Positions 46,645 through 55,765 of a stretch of 64,000 nt of DNA are shown here, one piece after another. The stretch comes from a virus. A program made the translations under genes and the position numbers. The stretch spans positions 12,475-76,474 of IMG/VR virus record IMGVR_UViG_3300025543_000013; one strand, written 5' to 3'. The first letter of the stretch is position 1, and each line of letters starts with the position of its first letter. The notes under the pieces were generated by a model that saw nothing but the letters and a program-made list of their open reading frames with translations, searched no databases and was not told the DNA's origin.

Positions 46645-47418
46645 ATGGCTAAATTAAAAAAATTAATCAAAGAAAACTTCTCATTAGTCGGTGGGGTAGT
46701 TTCAACACCAGCAATAGGTGGTGGGTATACTTCTTTATCAAGAATCGTTAAAGAAAAATATGGTGAAACACCAACACAAAAGATTACTTCTAAACAAGTA
46801 GCAGAAGCATTGAGAAATTATAATCAAATTGGTAAATCACTTTATCAACAACAATCATTAAAAGAAACTGCAAAAAGATTATCATCAATCGCAGAAATGG
46901 CAGCTTCTCACACATTACAAGAAACAGAAGATTGGTTTGATAAAGTTACGGTTTCTCGTAATATGAAAGAATTAACCAATCACTCAAAAGCATTTTCAAA
47001 AATAGCAGAAGAAGCATCATCCGTTCAACAAAGATTAGCCAGTTTGTATGAAGATATGGGTATGATTCTAAATCGTTATTATGATATTCCAGAAAGTGAA
47101 GAAAAGGATAAAGAAGAATACGGAAGTAATACAATTGAAGAAGGTGATTATGAAGAATTCTTCCAATCAGCAATGAAAAAATTTGGTGTATCTTCACCTG
47201 ATGATTTTAAAACTGATGAAGAAAAGAAAAAGTTCTTCAATTATGTTGATAAAAATTATCAAGCAAAATCAGAAGGCAAAGTATATGAAGGTGGGCCAGG
47301 AAGTGGTAGACCAGGTGGTAAGATGCCACAACCAAGTGATTTCGGTGGAAATATGGATAAATACTTTGATGCGTTAAACAAAAGAATGGCTGACGACGAA
47401 AAAAGAAAGAAAAAATAA
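46645..47418 (+). CDS. Head-associated protein with MAKLKKLIKE tag and appended modules
   Basis: DWFDKVTV.RNMKEL...LYEDMG..L.RYY core, then TIEE|GDYEEFF.SAMKKFGV.SP and VYE|GGPGSG modules. SD AGGAG. Confidence 0.7.
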   Translation: MAKLKKLIKENFSLVGGVVSTPAIGGGYTSLSRIVKEKYGETPTQKITSKQVAEALRNYNQIGKSLYQQQSLKETAKRLSSIAEMAASHTLQETEDWFDKVTVSRNMKELTNHSKAFSKIAEEASSVQQRLASLYEDMGMILNRYYDIPESEEKDKEEYGSNTIEEGDYEEFFQSAMKKFGVSSPDDFKTDEEKKKFFNYVDKNYQAKSEGKVYEGGPGSGRPGGKMPQPSDFGGNMDKYFDALNKRMADDEKRKKK

Positions 47419-47684
47419 TGAAACTTAAAAAACTATTAAACGAAAATCTTTGGAACGAAAGAAAGTTTGGTGAGTCATTACCAACACTTGAAGACACTAC
47501 CAAAGCATATAAATTAAAACAAGAACAAGAAATCAACGAAGAACCAATCGTTGAAAACAATTCATCACTTAAAGCAAAAATGATTCGACATATACAAGAT
47601 ATGGTAAAATATAGTGATAGACTTGGTAGTGATGAAATTGATGAATTAAAAGAATTGTTAAAATTAGTGCAACAAATCAGATAA
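47418..47684 (+). CDS. Small protein with MKLKKLLNE tag
   Basis: Shared tag, W.ERKFGE.LPTL. Confidence 0.65.
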   Translation: MKLKKLLNENLWNERKFGESLPTLEDTTKAYKLKQEQEINEEPIVENNSSLKAKMIRHIQDMVKYSDRLGSDEIDELKELLKLVQQIR

Positions 47685-47701
47685 CAGAAAGAGAGTAAAG
47701 G

Positions 47702-47902
47702 TTGTTAAAAGTAGAGATTCGTAAGGGTCAATCAGTAGAAAAAGCACTTAAAATATTCAAACGAAAAGTCAAAGACTCAGGTATTATGTTTGAATTAAAA
47801 GAGCGTTCTTTTTATAAAAAGCCATCGGCAATCAAAAGAGAACAAAAAAACAAAACAAAACTGAGAGCCAAATACGAAAAATTAAAAAATCAAGAAGATT
47901 AA
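47702..47902 (+). CDS. rpsU: Phage-encoded 30S ribosomal protein bS21
   Basis: V.I..G.S.EKALK.FKRKV..SG...E.KER.FY.KPS..KR. TTG start. Confidence 0.9.
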   Translation: MLKVEIRKGQSVEKALKIFKRKVKDSGIMFELKERSFYKKPSAIKREQKNKTKLRAKYEKLKNQED

Positions 47903-47908
47903 AAAATA

Positions 47909-47930
47909 CACACTTTGTGTGAATTTTTTT
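47909..47930 (+). terminator. Weak intrinsic terminator after rpsU
   Basis: cacac-ttt-gtgtg hairpin followed by a T7 run. Confidence 0.4.
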
Positions 47931-47941
47931 CAGTTTTGTTA

Positions 47942-47949
47942 TATTTATT
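47942..47949 (+). promoter_or_regulatory. Putative late promoter for the scaffold/capsid operon
   Basis: TATTTATT recurrent motif. Confidence 0.65.
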
Positions 47950-48058
47950 ATTACGAAACTAAATACACTATCGTACATTCGTACATCATATAGTGTAATC
48001 TATTAAAACTATATTATAGTTCCTAATAACTATATTGAATCCAAACGGAGATTATAAA

Positions 48059-49210
48059 ATGGATGATTTACTAAGAGAAGCTATTGCAGATGCTAAAGCA
48101 GTTCGTGAAACCGCACTTGCAAATGCTAAAATAGCACTTGAAGAAGCATTCACACCACGTTTGCAATCTATGTTGTCTAAGAAAATCGCAGCAGAAGCAG
48201 AAGAAATGGACGCAGAAGAAGAAATGGACGCAGAAGAAGAAATGGACGCTGAAGAAGAAATGGACGCTGAAGAAATGAGAGATGCTGAAGAAATGAGAGA
48301 TGCTGAAGAAATGGACGCAGAAGAATCTGAACACGAAATGTCAGAAGAAGAAGATGCAGAAGAATCTGAACACGAAGAAATGCGTGAAGAAGAAGACGCT
48401 GAAGAATCTGATGATGAAATGAGAGAATCAGAAGACGCTGAAGAAGAAGACTCAGTTGAAGAAGCAGAAGATGCAGAAGAAGAAGATGAACTTGATTTAG
48501 AATCAGTTCTTCGTGAATTAGAAGCAGACTTAGATGATGAAGACAATGTTGAAGAAGCAGAAGATACTGAAGAAGAAGATACTATGGATGAAAATGATGT
48601 ATCATCTGATATCGGTGACGCTGACAACAAAGTCAATCCAGAAGCAAATGATTCTTCAAAAACAGGTGCACCAGGTCCAGAAGGCGAAGGTTCAGATAAG
48701 AAAGCAGGTGATGAACTTGGCGACCACGAAACAGTGGACGACTTAACTGAAGCAGAAGATACCGAAGAAGGTGACTTAGACTTAGACGAAGTTCTAAGAG
48801 CACTTACTGAAGAAGAAGATGCAGAAGAAGAAGCAGAGAAGGTGGAAGCACTTCAAAAAGAAATCAAAGAGTATCGTAAAGTAATTAACTTTATGAGAAG
48901 AAACTTAAACGAAGTTAATCTCTTGAATGCTAAATTATTGTTCTCAAACAAACTATTTAGAGCATTTGGACTTAACAACAACCAAAAATTAAAAGTTGTT
49001 GAAACATTTGACAGAACTACAAACTTAAGAGAAGTTAAATTGGTTTACGCTACATTAGCAGAATCATTTAAAAGACCTACAAGTAAAATAGTTGAGTCAA
49101 AAGGTTCAAGTTCTAAAGCAGTTCGTTCTACAAAACCAGCAAAACAAGAAGTTTTGTCAGAGGGAGCAGAATTAAGAAATAGATTCAAGAAATTAGCAAA
49201 CATACTTTAA
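48059..49210 (+). CDS. Prohead scaffold/core protein (functional gp22 equivalent), highly acidic
   Basis: Immediately upstream of the capsid gene. EAIADAKAVRETALANAK..LEEAF.P, LNEVNLLNAKLL, C-terminal RFKKLANI. SD GGAG before ATG 48059. Confidence 0.85.
   Translation: MDDLLREAIADAKAVRETALANAKIALEEAFTPRLQSMLSKKIAAEAEEMDAEEEMDAEEEMDAEEEMDAEEMRDAEEMRDAEEMDAEESEHEMSEEEDAEESEHEEMREEEDAEESDDEMRESEDAEEEDSVEEAEDAEEEDELDLESVLRELEADLDDEDNVEEAEDTEEEDTMDENDVSSDIGDADNKVNPEANDSSKTGAPGPEGEGSDKKAGDELGDHETVDDLTEAEDTEEGDLDLDEVLRALTEEEDAEEEAEKVEALQKEIKEYRKVINFMRRNLNEVNLLNAKLLFSNKLFRAFGLNNNQKLKVVETFDRTTNLREVKLVYATLAESFKRPTSKIVESKGSSSKAVRSTKPAKQEVLSEGAELRNRFKKLANIL
48200..48325 (+). repeat. Imperfect 15/18-bp tandem repeat encoding EEMDAE/EEMRDA
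   Basis: gaagaaatggacgcagaa and variants, about 7 copies. Confidence 0.85.
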
Positions 49211-49226
49211 TTAGGAGACTAAAAAA

Positions 49227-50876
49227 ATGAGCAAATTAGGCGCAATTGAGAAATTGATGGACGGATATAATCCGCAAAGACAATTGCTTGAGCAAACTCG
49301 TAAATTAGTCAAGAAATGGGAACCAACAGGTCTTTTAGAAGGTCTTAACGACGAAACTAAAAGACACGGAATGGCAGTTCTTCTTGAAAACCAAGCTTCA
49401 CAGCTTATTCAAGAAGCTTCCGTAACAGGAACATCTGCAAATTCTGAAGAATGGTCAGGTGTAGCATTACCATTAGTTCGTAGAATTTTTGGTGAGTTAG
49501 CAGCACAAGACTTTGTGTCAGTTCAACCTATGAACTTACCATCAGGTCTTATTTTCTATCTTGACTTTAAATACGGAACAGCACAAACAGGCCTTCACAC
49601 ACAAAATTCTGATGTATATGGTAATACTTCAGGTTCAGGTGACGCAAGTGGCGGTCTATATGGAGCAGGTAAATTCGGCTATACAATCAACGACAAATCT
49701 TCATCAGTATTGACAATTGGAGCTACAGCTAACGCATCAGCGTTCAGCACAGGTTCAGTTGACTGGGAAGACGTAGATTACGAAGGTGATTTATCAGCAT
49801 CTCAAGCTATTGCAGATAGTGCAGACAATGCACTTATTAAAGTTGTCGTTGCAGACGCAGCAATCTCAGGTCTTGACAAGGACGGAGTTAGAGCATTCTC
49901 TATCTCAGGTTCTGGTTTTGACGAGTTCTTCCCTGCATACACAAAATACAGTACAACAAACTCTACAACTACATTTATTGTAAGAAAATCTGGAGTTGGT
50001 TCACTAATTAACGCAGTTGTTACATATCACAAACAACCAACAACTGATTACAGCAGAACTGATTTTGAAACAGATTCAAACAGCATTAATGCAAACCCAG
50101 AAGCAGATATTGACATACCAGAACTTGATATCGCATTAAAGAGTATTCCAATCATTGCGAAAACTCGTAAGTTAAAAGCAGTCTGGACACCAGAACTTGC
50201 ACAAGACTTAAATGCATATCACTCAGTTGATGCAGAAGCAGAATTAACATCTCTACTTTCTGAGTACATTTCTATGGAAATTGACTTAGAAATCTTAGAT
50301 ATGTTGATGTCAAACGCTTCAGCAAAAACAGAATATTGGTCAGCAAGAGTTGGATACGAGCATGACGCTACAAACAACACTTTTGCACAATCTTCAGGTG
50401 AGTCAAATGCTTACACCAAAGGTACTTGGTTCCAAACACTTGGTAACAAGATACAAGCAGTTTCTAATGCAATTCATCAAAAAACTCTAAGAGGAGGTGC
50501 AAACTTCTTAGTTGTTTCACCAGAAACAGCAACAATCATAGAGTCAATTCCTGGATATGCAGCAGACACAACAGGTGATGCTTCATCAAATCAATTTGCA
50601 ATGGGTGTACAAAAAGTTGGTGCATTAAACAACAGATACACTGTTTATAAGAACCCTTATATGTTAGAAAATCAAATCCTTGTTGGATTTAGAGGTGCTA
50701 ACTTCTTAGAAACAGGTGCGGTTTATGCTCCATATGTACCACTCATTATGACACCATTAGTGTACGACCCGAAAAACTTTACACCAAGAAAGGGTGTAAT
50801 GACTCGTTACGCTAAGAAGATGGTTAGAAGCGAATTCTACGGTAAAGTTATCGTATCAGACGTTTCTTATGTCTAA
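49227..50876 (+). CDS. gp23: Major capsid protein (T4 gp23-like)
   Basis: VSVQPMNLPSGLIF, AKTRKLKAVWTPELAQDL, YAPYVPL, F.P..GVMTRYA. Probable maturation site LIQE63|A. Confidence 0.97.
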   Translation: MSKLGAIEKLMDGYNPQRQLLEQTRKLVKKWEPTGLLEGLNDETKRHGMAVLLENQASQLIQEASVTGTSANSEEWSGVALPLVRRIFGELAAQDFVSVQPMNLPSGLIFYLDFKYGTAQTGLHTQNSDVYGNTSGSGDASGGLYGAGKFGYTINDKSSSVLTIGATANASAFSTGSVDWEDVDYEGDLSASQAIADSADNALIKVVVADAAISGLDKDGVRAFSISGSGFDEFFPAYTKYSTTNSTTTFIVRKSGVGSLINAVVTYHKQPTTDYSRTDFETDSNSINANPEADIDIPELDIALKSIPIIAKTRKLKAVWTPELAQDLNAYHSVDAEAELTSLLSEYISMEIDLEILDMLMSNASAKTEYWSARVGYEHDATNNTFAQSSGESNAYTKGTWFQTLGNKIQAVSNAIHQKTLRGGANFLVVSPETATIIESIPGYAADTTGDASSNQFAMGVQKVGALNNRYTVYKNPYMLENQILVGFRGANFLETGAVYAPYVPLIMTPLVYDPKNFTPRKGVMTRYAKKMVRSEFYGKVIVSDVSYV

Positions 50877-50937
50877 TGTTAATTGAGAAGACATATTGAC
50901 TAATTGATATTTAATAATATTAATTGACTAATAAGAG

Positions 50938-50963
50938 AAAACCCCGATTCGTCGGGGTTTTTT
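50938..50963. terminator. Bidirectional intrinsic terminator after gp23
   Basis: aaaa-ccccga-TTCG-tcgggg-tttttt. Confidence 0.9.
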
Positions 50964-51002
50964 CGTATATTAAGTGTTTTCAATAACCAAAGAAGACATT
51001 AT

Positions 51003-51031
51003 AATATACAAACAAAAAATGAAAAAGTCAA
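51003..51031 (-). promoter_or_regulatory. Sigma70-type promoter TTGACT-N17-TATATT, antisense to gp23
   Basis: -35 at 51031-51026 and -10 at 51008-51003. Same architecture as the two copies near 63.5 kb. Confidence 0.7.
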
Positions 51032-51060
51032 GGGTTTTTCTCAAAAACTTTCAAAATTGA

Positions 51061-51068
51061 TATTTATT
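51061..51068 (+). promoter_or_regulatory. Putative late promoter TATTTATT
   Basis: Recurrent intergenic motif. Confidence 0.65.
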
Positions 51069-51102
51069 AATGTATACAAATTACTATTAATAGGAGAATT
51101 TA

Positions 51103-52260
51103 ATGGCTCAAGAACCAATATGGCCAGGGTCTGGTTCCGCAGTAAGTGGTTCCACACCATTTGGGTTATTTGATACTGATTCAGAATTCCAAACAGAAGC
51201 ACCACAAGTTGCAACTTGGTGTGCCAGAAGATTGGGATATCCAATCGTTGATATCGAATTACAAGACACACAATTTTACGCTTGTTTTGAAGAAGCTATA
51301 TCAGAATATAGTGCCCAAGTAAACCAATTCAATATTCGTGATAACTTATTAAGTTTAAGAGGACAATCCACAGGTTCAAACTTTACACACAAAAGAATTA
51401 CACCAACTTTATCTGAAATCATTTATATTTCTGAAGAATATGGAACAGAAGCACAAGTAGGTGGAACCGTAGATTACAAAAGAAAGAAAGTCAATATACA
51501 TTCAGGTAGTCAAGTGTATGATTTGAATGAATTAATTGGTGAAGCGAGTGAATCAGGTAAATCCATAGAAGTCAAACGAGTTCATTATGAAGCAAGACCA
51601 GCGGTCACAAGATACTTTGACCCATATGCTTCAACCGGATTTGGAACTTACAATATGTTGGACGGATTTGGTTTCGGTAGTTATTCACCGGCAATTACTT
51701 TTGTATTACAACCAATCTATGCAGATTTGTTAAGAATACAAGCAATCGAGTTTAATGACCAGATTAGAAAATCAGCATATTCATTTGATATTAAAAACAA
51801 TCAAATGAGAATTTTCCCAATTCCTTCAGAAGAATCAGGTTCAGTTTGGGTAGATTATATTTTAACAGAAGATAGAGACAATCCATTGAGAACTCGTTAT
51901 AGTGGTTCATCAGATGTAGTATCTGATTATTCTAATGTAGGTTATGATTTTATGGTTTATTCAAATATCAATGATGTGGGTAAACAATGGATTAGAAAAT
52001 ATTGTTTAGCATTATCCAAAGAATTATTGGGTATCGTTCGTTCTAAATACGGAACTATTCCTATTCCTAATTCAAGCGTAGAATTAGACGGAAATACATT
52101 GAGAGCCGAAGCAACAGCAGAAAAAGAAAAATTAGTAGAGGAACTAAGAGAAACACTTGAACAAACCAGTCGTAAGGCATTGTTAGAAGCAAGAAAAGAC
52201 GAAAGTGAATTTGAACAAGAAACTTTAAAGAAAGTCCCTTACCCAATTTATATAGGATAA
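51103..52260 (+). CDS. gp13: Neck/head-completion protein (T4 gp13-like)
   Basis: RRLGYPIVDIEL.D.Q, W.RKY.LAL.KE.LG..RSKY..IP.P...V.LDG..L..EA..EK..L. Confidence 0.85.
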   Translation: MAQEPIWPGSGSAVSGSTPFGLFDTDSEFQTEAPQVATWCARRLGYPIVDIELQDTQFYACFEEAISEYSAQVNQFNIRDNLLSLRGQSTGSNFTHKRITPTLSEIIYISEEYGTEAQVGGTVDYKRKKVNIHSGSQVYDLNELIGEASESGKSIEVKRVHYEARPAVTRYFDPYASTGFGTYNMLDGFGFGSYSPAITFVLQPIYADLLRIQAIEFNDQIRKSAYSFDIKNNQMRIFPIPSEESGSVWVDYILTEDRDNPLRTRYSGSSDVVSDYSNVGYDFMVYSNINDVGKQWIRKYCLALSKELLGIVRSKYGTIPIPNSSVELDGNTLRAEATAEKEKLVEELRETLEQTSRKALLEARKDESEFEQETLKKVPYPIYIG

Positions 52261-52264
52261 TACT

Positions 52265-52750
52265 ATGCCACAAAGATACTATGGAACAAAAGATTTGGCA
52301 ACCATAGAAAAGTTCAATAGAGAACTTTTAGGTGAACCAAACAAAGATGATTGCGGGATTATAGACCAGTTTGTAATTCTTTACAGAACTTCAGTATATG
52401 ATACAGAAACCAATATGTATGGGGAAGCATCAGAAGGTAAAGTTTATAAACAAGGTGTAAAACTTCCGTGTATTGTGGATGCCGAAGATTTCAATTTTGA
52501 CTATACTGACTTTGGTGCAGACAATACACAATCAGTAAAGTTTGCATTCCAAAGAGCATACTTAGTTGAGGTAAATCTAAAACCAGATATCGGTGATATA
52601 TTACAATGGAACGACGGATACTTTGAAGTTAAAGATTATAATGAAAATCAATTAATCGGTGGAGACCCAACAAAATCACACTCAATTGTAGTTACAGCAC
52701 ATCTAACAAGAATGCCAACTACAAACTTAGAAGAATATAGAGGATTTTAA
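52265..52750 (+). CDS. gp14: Head-closure/neck protein (T4 gp14-like)
   Basis: N.YGE, P.IGD..W..GYFEV. Synteny after gp13. Confidence 0.65.
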   Translation: MPQRYYGTKDLATIEKFNRELLGEPNKDDCGIIDQFVILYRTSVYDTETNMYGEASEGKVYKQGVKLPCIVDAEDFNFDYTDFGADNTQSVKFAFQRAYLVEVNLKPDIGDILQWNDGYFEVKDYNENQLIGGDPTKSHSIVVTAHLTRMPTTNLEEYRGF

Positions 52751-54453
52751 TGTCACGAAATAAACCAATACCAAGAAGTCAACGAATTACTTTTAATCGT
52801 GGAGAAAAGATTAGTCGTAATTCACCAGGAGCAAAAGATGATGTAAAGAACTTATCCGTTGGTTTAATGGATATGGATAGTGCTATTATGTATTACTTCA
52901 ACGAAGTAATCAAACCAGAAGTTACAATCAATGATGAAAAAGTTAAAGTTCCTTGTATTTATGCATCACCAGAAAGATGGACACAAGTTTCTAAACAAGG
53001 ATATTTACGAGATAAAAAACGACAAATTATTGTTCCGTTGATTGTATTTAAGAGAACCGGTATGTCTCGTAGTGATATAGGTGGTGGTGTTGATAAATTA
53101 GATGCAAATAAACCAAATTTATTTTATACATTTCAAAAGAAATATTCTCAATTTAATCGATTTGATAAATTTTCAGTATTACAAAAAATAGAACCTGGAA
53201 CTGAATATTATAATGTAGCAATGCCAGACTATGTTCAGTTGACATATGAATTTACCATATGGACATCTTACATAGAACAAATGAATCGTATTGTTGAAAA
53301 AATTAATTATTCTGACGGAGCATATTGGGGTGAACCTAATAAAATGAGATTTAGAACTCGTATTGAAAGTTTTTCAGACGCAAGTTCAGTTGAAGGTGAA
53401 AGGTTAATCAAAACTACTTTTAGTGTGAATCTATATGGATATATTTTACCAGAATCATTTAACAATTACAACACCACACAAAAATATCTAACACCTAAAA
53501 AATTAATCATTAGAGAAAGTACTGATAAAAAACTTGTCAATGATAAAGGACAAAAAGTAAGTTTAGCTTCCAACGCAACAGAATTTGGTGAAAACACAAA
53601 AGATATTTTTTCAATCAGTATTTCTAATGGATTGATATTTGAACAAGGAACAGGTGTAACACTTTCTAATAATGGTATTACTTTTGATGGTTCAAGTGAA
53701 TTAACACAAGAATTTTCTATCGGACAATCAGTCGGAACCACAGATGATGTTCAATTCAATACTCTGACTGCAAACTCGGTTCAAATAGGAACAGGAACTA
53801 CCGTAATTGCAGATGGAAGTATCAGTAGTTCAGACGGAACAATAGAAATTACAGGTTCTGCCGTAGTTACCGGTAGTTTAACCGTAGTGGGTGATGTTGT
53901 GGTAACAGGAAGTGTAACTGCAGATTTGTTCGTCACACAAGTTACAACTCGTTCTATTGATTTTTCAACCGGTTCAAATGATTTTGGAGATTCATTAGAT
54001 GACCAACATCAATTTACAGGTTCAGTAGAGATAACAGGTTCATTTAGTTTGAATGGATATGAAGTTGATGAGATTTCCAATGATACAACCTTAACAGATG
54101 CAAGTCAAACTGCATTAGTAACGGAATATGCACTCGCAAACTTTACAACTGAAGAACTTACAACAGACGAAACCACATATTTAAGAAAAAATTTTTACAA
54201 AACATCTACCGGAGTCACAGGAACAAATACTGCAAGTTTTACCGCAACGACTGCATCAGCACCAAGTGGTATGACTGCAACATCTGAAAATGACTTCGTA
54301 TTCTTTATCAATGGACAATATATGGAACACGATGCAATTACTATTCGTCAAGTTGAAACCGGTAGTTTTCATTTAATGGTAAATACTGATTCCATAGGAT
54401 ATGAATTAGAATCAGACGACGAGATATTAGCAATCGGTAAATTTAATACTTAG
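52750..54453 (+). CDS. Tail terminator/sheath stabiliser (gp15-like) fused to a C-terminal fibre-like domain
   Basis: VP.IYA.PERW, P.YV.LTYEF.IWT...EQMN.IVE.I, then a TGS-rich extension. Confidence 0.65.
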   Translation: MSRNKPIPRSQRITFNRGEKISRNSPGAKDDVKNLSVGLMDMDSAIMYYFNEVIKPEVTINDEKVKVPCIYASPERWTQVSKQGYLRDKKRQIIVPLIVFKRTGMSRSDIGGGVDKLDANKPNLFYTFQKKYSQFNRFDKFSVLQKIEPGTEYYNVAMPDYVQLTYEFTIWTSYIEQMNRIVEKINYSDGAYWGEPNKMRFRTRIESFSDASSVEGERLIKTTFSVNLYGYILPESFNNYNTTQKYLTPKKLIIRESTDKKLVNDKGQKVSLASNATEFGENTKDIFSISISNGLIFEQGTGVTLSNNGITFDGSSELTQEFSIGQSVGTTDDVQFNTLTANSVQIGTGTTVIADGSISSSDGTIEITGSAVVTGSLTVVGDVVVTGSVTADLFVTQVTTRSIDFSTGSNDFGDSLDDQHQFTGSVEITGSFSLNGYEVDEISNDTTLTDASQTALVTEYALANFTTEELTTDETTYLRKNFYKTSTGVTGTNTASFTATTASAPSGMTATSENDFVFFINGQYMEHDAITIRQVETGSFHLMVNTDSIGYELESDDEILAIGKFNT

Positions 54454-54461
54454 GAGTAGTT

Positions 54462-55331
54462 ATGGCAGATATTACATTTAAAGTAAATAATCCCATAACA
54501 CTAAAAGCCGGAACAGGTGTTTCATTATCAGCAGACGGCAAGGGATTTACACAAAAGAAATTTGACGGAACAGATAAGTCAAATATTAGAATATCAATCG
54601 GACAAGAAGTAGCAACAAGTTCAAATGTACAATTCAATGATGTTGTGTTGAGTAGTGATAGTTTGACCGTAGGAACAGGTTCTGATGTATTGGTGTTTAG
54701 TGACGGACAAATAGTTGGAGATTTACATTTTAGTAATAATTTATTAACTACTGAAACTCTTACAGTAGTCGGCCCACTAACCTATAAAGGATTTTTTACA
54801 TCATCAAATTTTACAGCAGATGTATCCAATGTAACACAATCCGTTAATACAGGTTCAACTAAGTTTGGAACTGAAACCAACAATCATAATCAAAGATTTA
54901 CAGGTAGTTTAGATATTACGGGTTCTTATAATTTGAATCGTTTAACTGATTCAATTACTGAGATTTCCAATGATACAAGTGCAACTGACCAAAGTCAAAC
55001 TTCATTTGTCACGGAATATGCTGCATATACTTTTTTATCAGCACAATCACCAGTTAAAGATTATTTAAGAAAATCATTTGTTCATACGGGTAGTTTTGTC
55101 AATAGTTCAACATCAAGATTTACTGCAGTTACAGCATCTGCACCAACAGGATTTACCGAAACAACTGAAAACGATTTTATGTTTTTCATTAATGGTATGT
55201 TGATAGAAAATGACGCATTAACAATACAACAAAATTCATCTAATTTAGATTTATCACTAAATACTACTTTATTAGGATATAGTTTATCCGCAGATGATGA
55301 GGTAATTGGGTTCGGTAAATTTAACAATTAG
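54462..55331 (+). CDS. Collar/fibre protein paralogous to the C-terminal half of 52750-54453
   Basis: Shared GTGV.LS, IGQ.V.T...VQFN, EISNDT..TD.SQT..VTEYA, YLRK.F, ENDF.FFING and DDE...GKFN. Confidence 0.7.
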   Translation: MADITFKVNNPITLKAGTGVSLSADGKGFTQKKFDGTDKSNIRISIGQEVATSSNVQFNDVVLSSDSLTVGTGSDVLVFSDGQIVGDLHFSNNLLTTETLTVVGPLTYKGFFTSSNFTADVSNVTQSVNTGSTKFGTETNNHNQRFTGSLDITGSYNLNRLTDSITEISNDTSATDQSQTSFVTEYAAYTFLSAQSPVKDYLRKSFVHTGSFVNSSTSRFTAVTASAPTGFTETTENDFMFFINGMLIENDALTIQQNSSNLDLSLNTTLLGYSLSADDEVIGFGKFNN

Positions 55332-55332
55332 A

Positions 55333-55340
55333 TATTTATA
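55333..55340 (+). promoter_or_regulatory. Putative late promoter TATTTATA
   Basis: Recurrent intergenic motif. Confidence 0.6.
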
Positions 55341-55352
55341 AATGAGGATATT

Positions 55353-55673
55353 ATGGCAAATTTAAAATCAAAACAATTAGCAAGTTTATTAACATTTACT
55401 ACCGCAAGTATTGATGTGGTGAGTGGTTCGTTAATACCAGATGCAGCAAATTTGTATAATATCGGTAGTTCTACTGTTCCTTATTTAAGTGGTTCATTCA
55501 CAAATTTAGATGTTTCAACTGGTGGTCAAGTTCAAATCACCAATCTATTCGTAACAGACATCAGTAGATTTACAGGTTCAATCGTATTGAAAGAACAATC
55601 CACAACACCAACCGCTCAAGAAGGTGGTTTGATGTATAGTGGAAGTAATTTTTACTTAGGTTTTGATTCTTAA
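55353..55673 (+). CDS. Small virion fibre-associated protein
   Basis: GSLIPDA.N.YNIGSS, P.A.EGGLMYSGSNFY. Confidence 0.65.
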   Translation: MANLKSKQLASLLTFTTASIDVVSGSLIPDAANLYNIGSSTVPYLSGSFTNLDVSTGGQVQITNLFVTDISRFTGSIVLKEQSTTPTAQEGGLMYSGSNFYLGFDS

Positions 55674-55688
55674 AATTTCAATTCTTAA

Positions 55689-55696
55689 TATTTATA
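55689..55696 (+). promoter_or_regulatory. Putative late promoter TATTTATA
   Basis: Recurrent intergenic motif. Confidence 0.6.
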
Positions 55697-55765
55697 TTTA
55701 GTAGGAGTATGTAAACCTTACTCATAAAATTAATAAAAAAGAGATAATCTTATAGGAGAAAAATA

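Noticed and set aside
48052-48636. Long minus-strand ORFs (also 55750-56151, 56254-56751, 58772-59371 and the many 60-150 aa antisense or alternate-frame ORFs)
   Set aside because: These are shadows of repetitive or biased + strand genes, with low-complexity translations and no SD or promoter.
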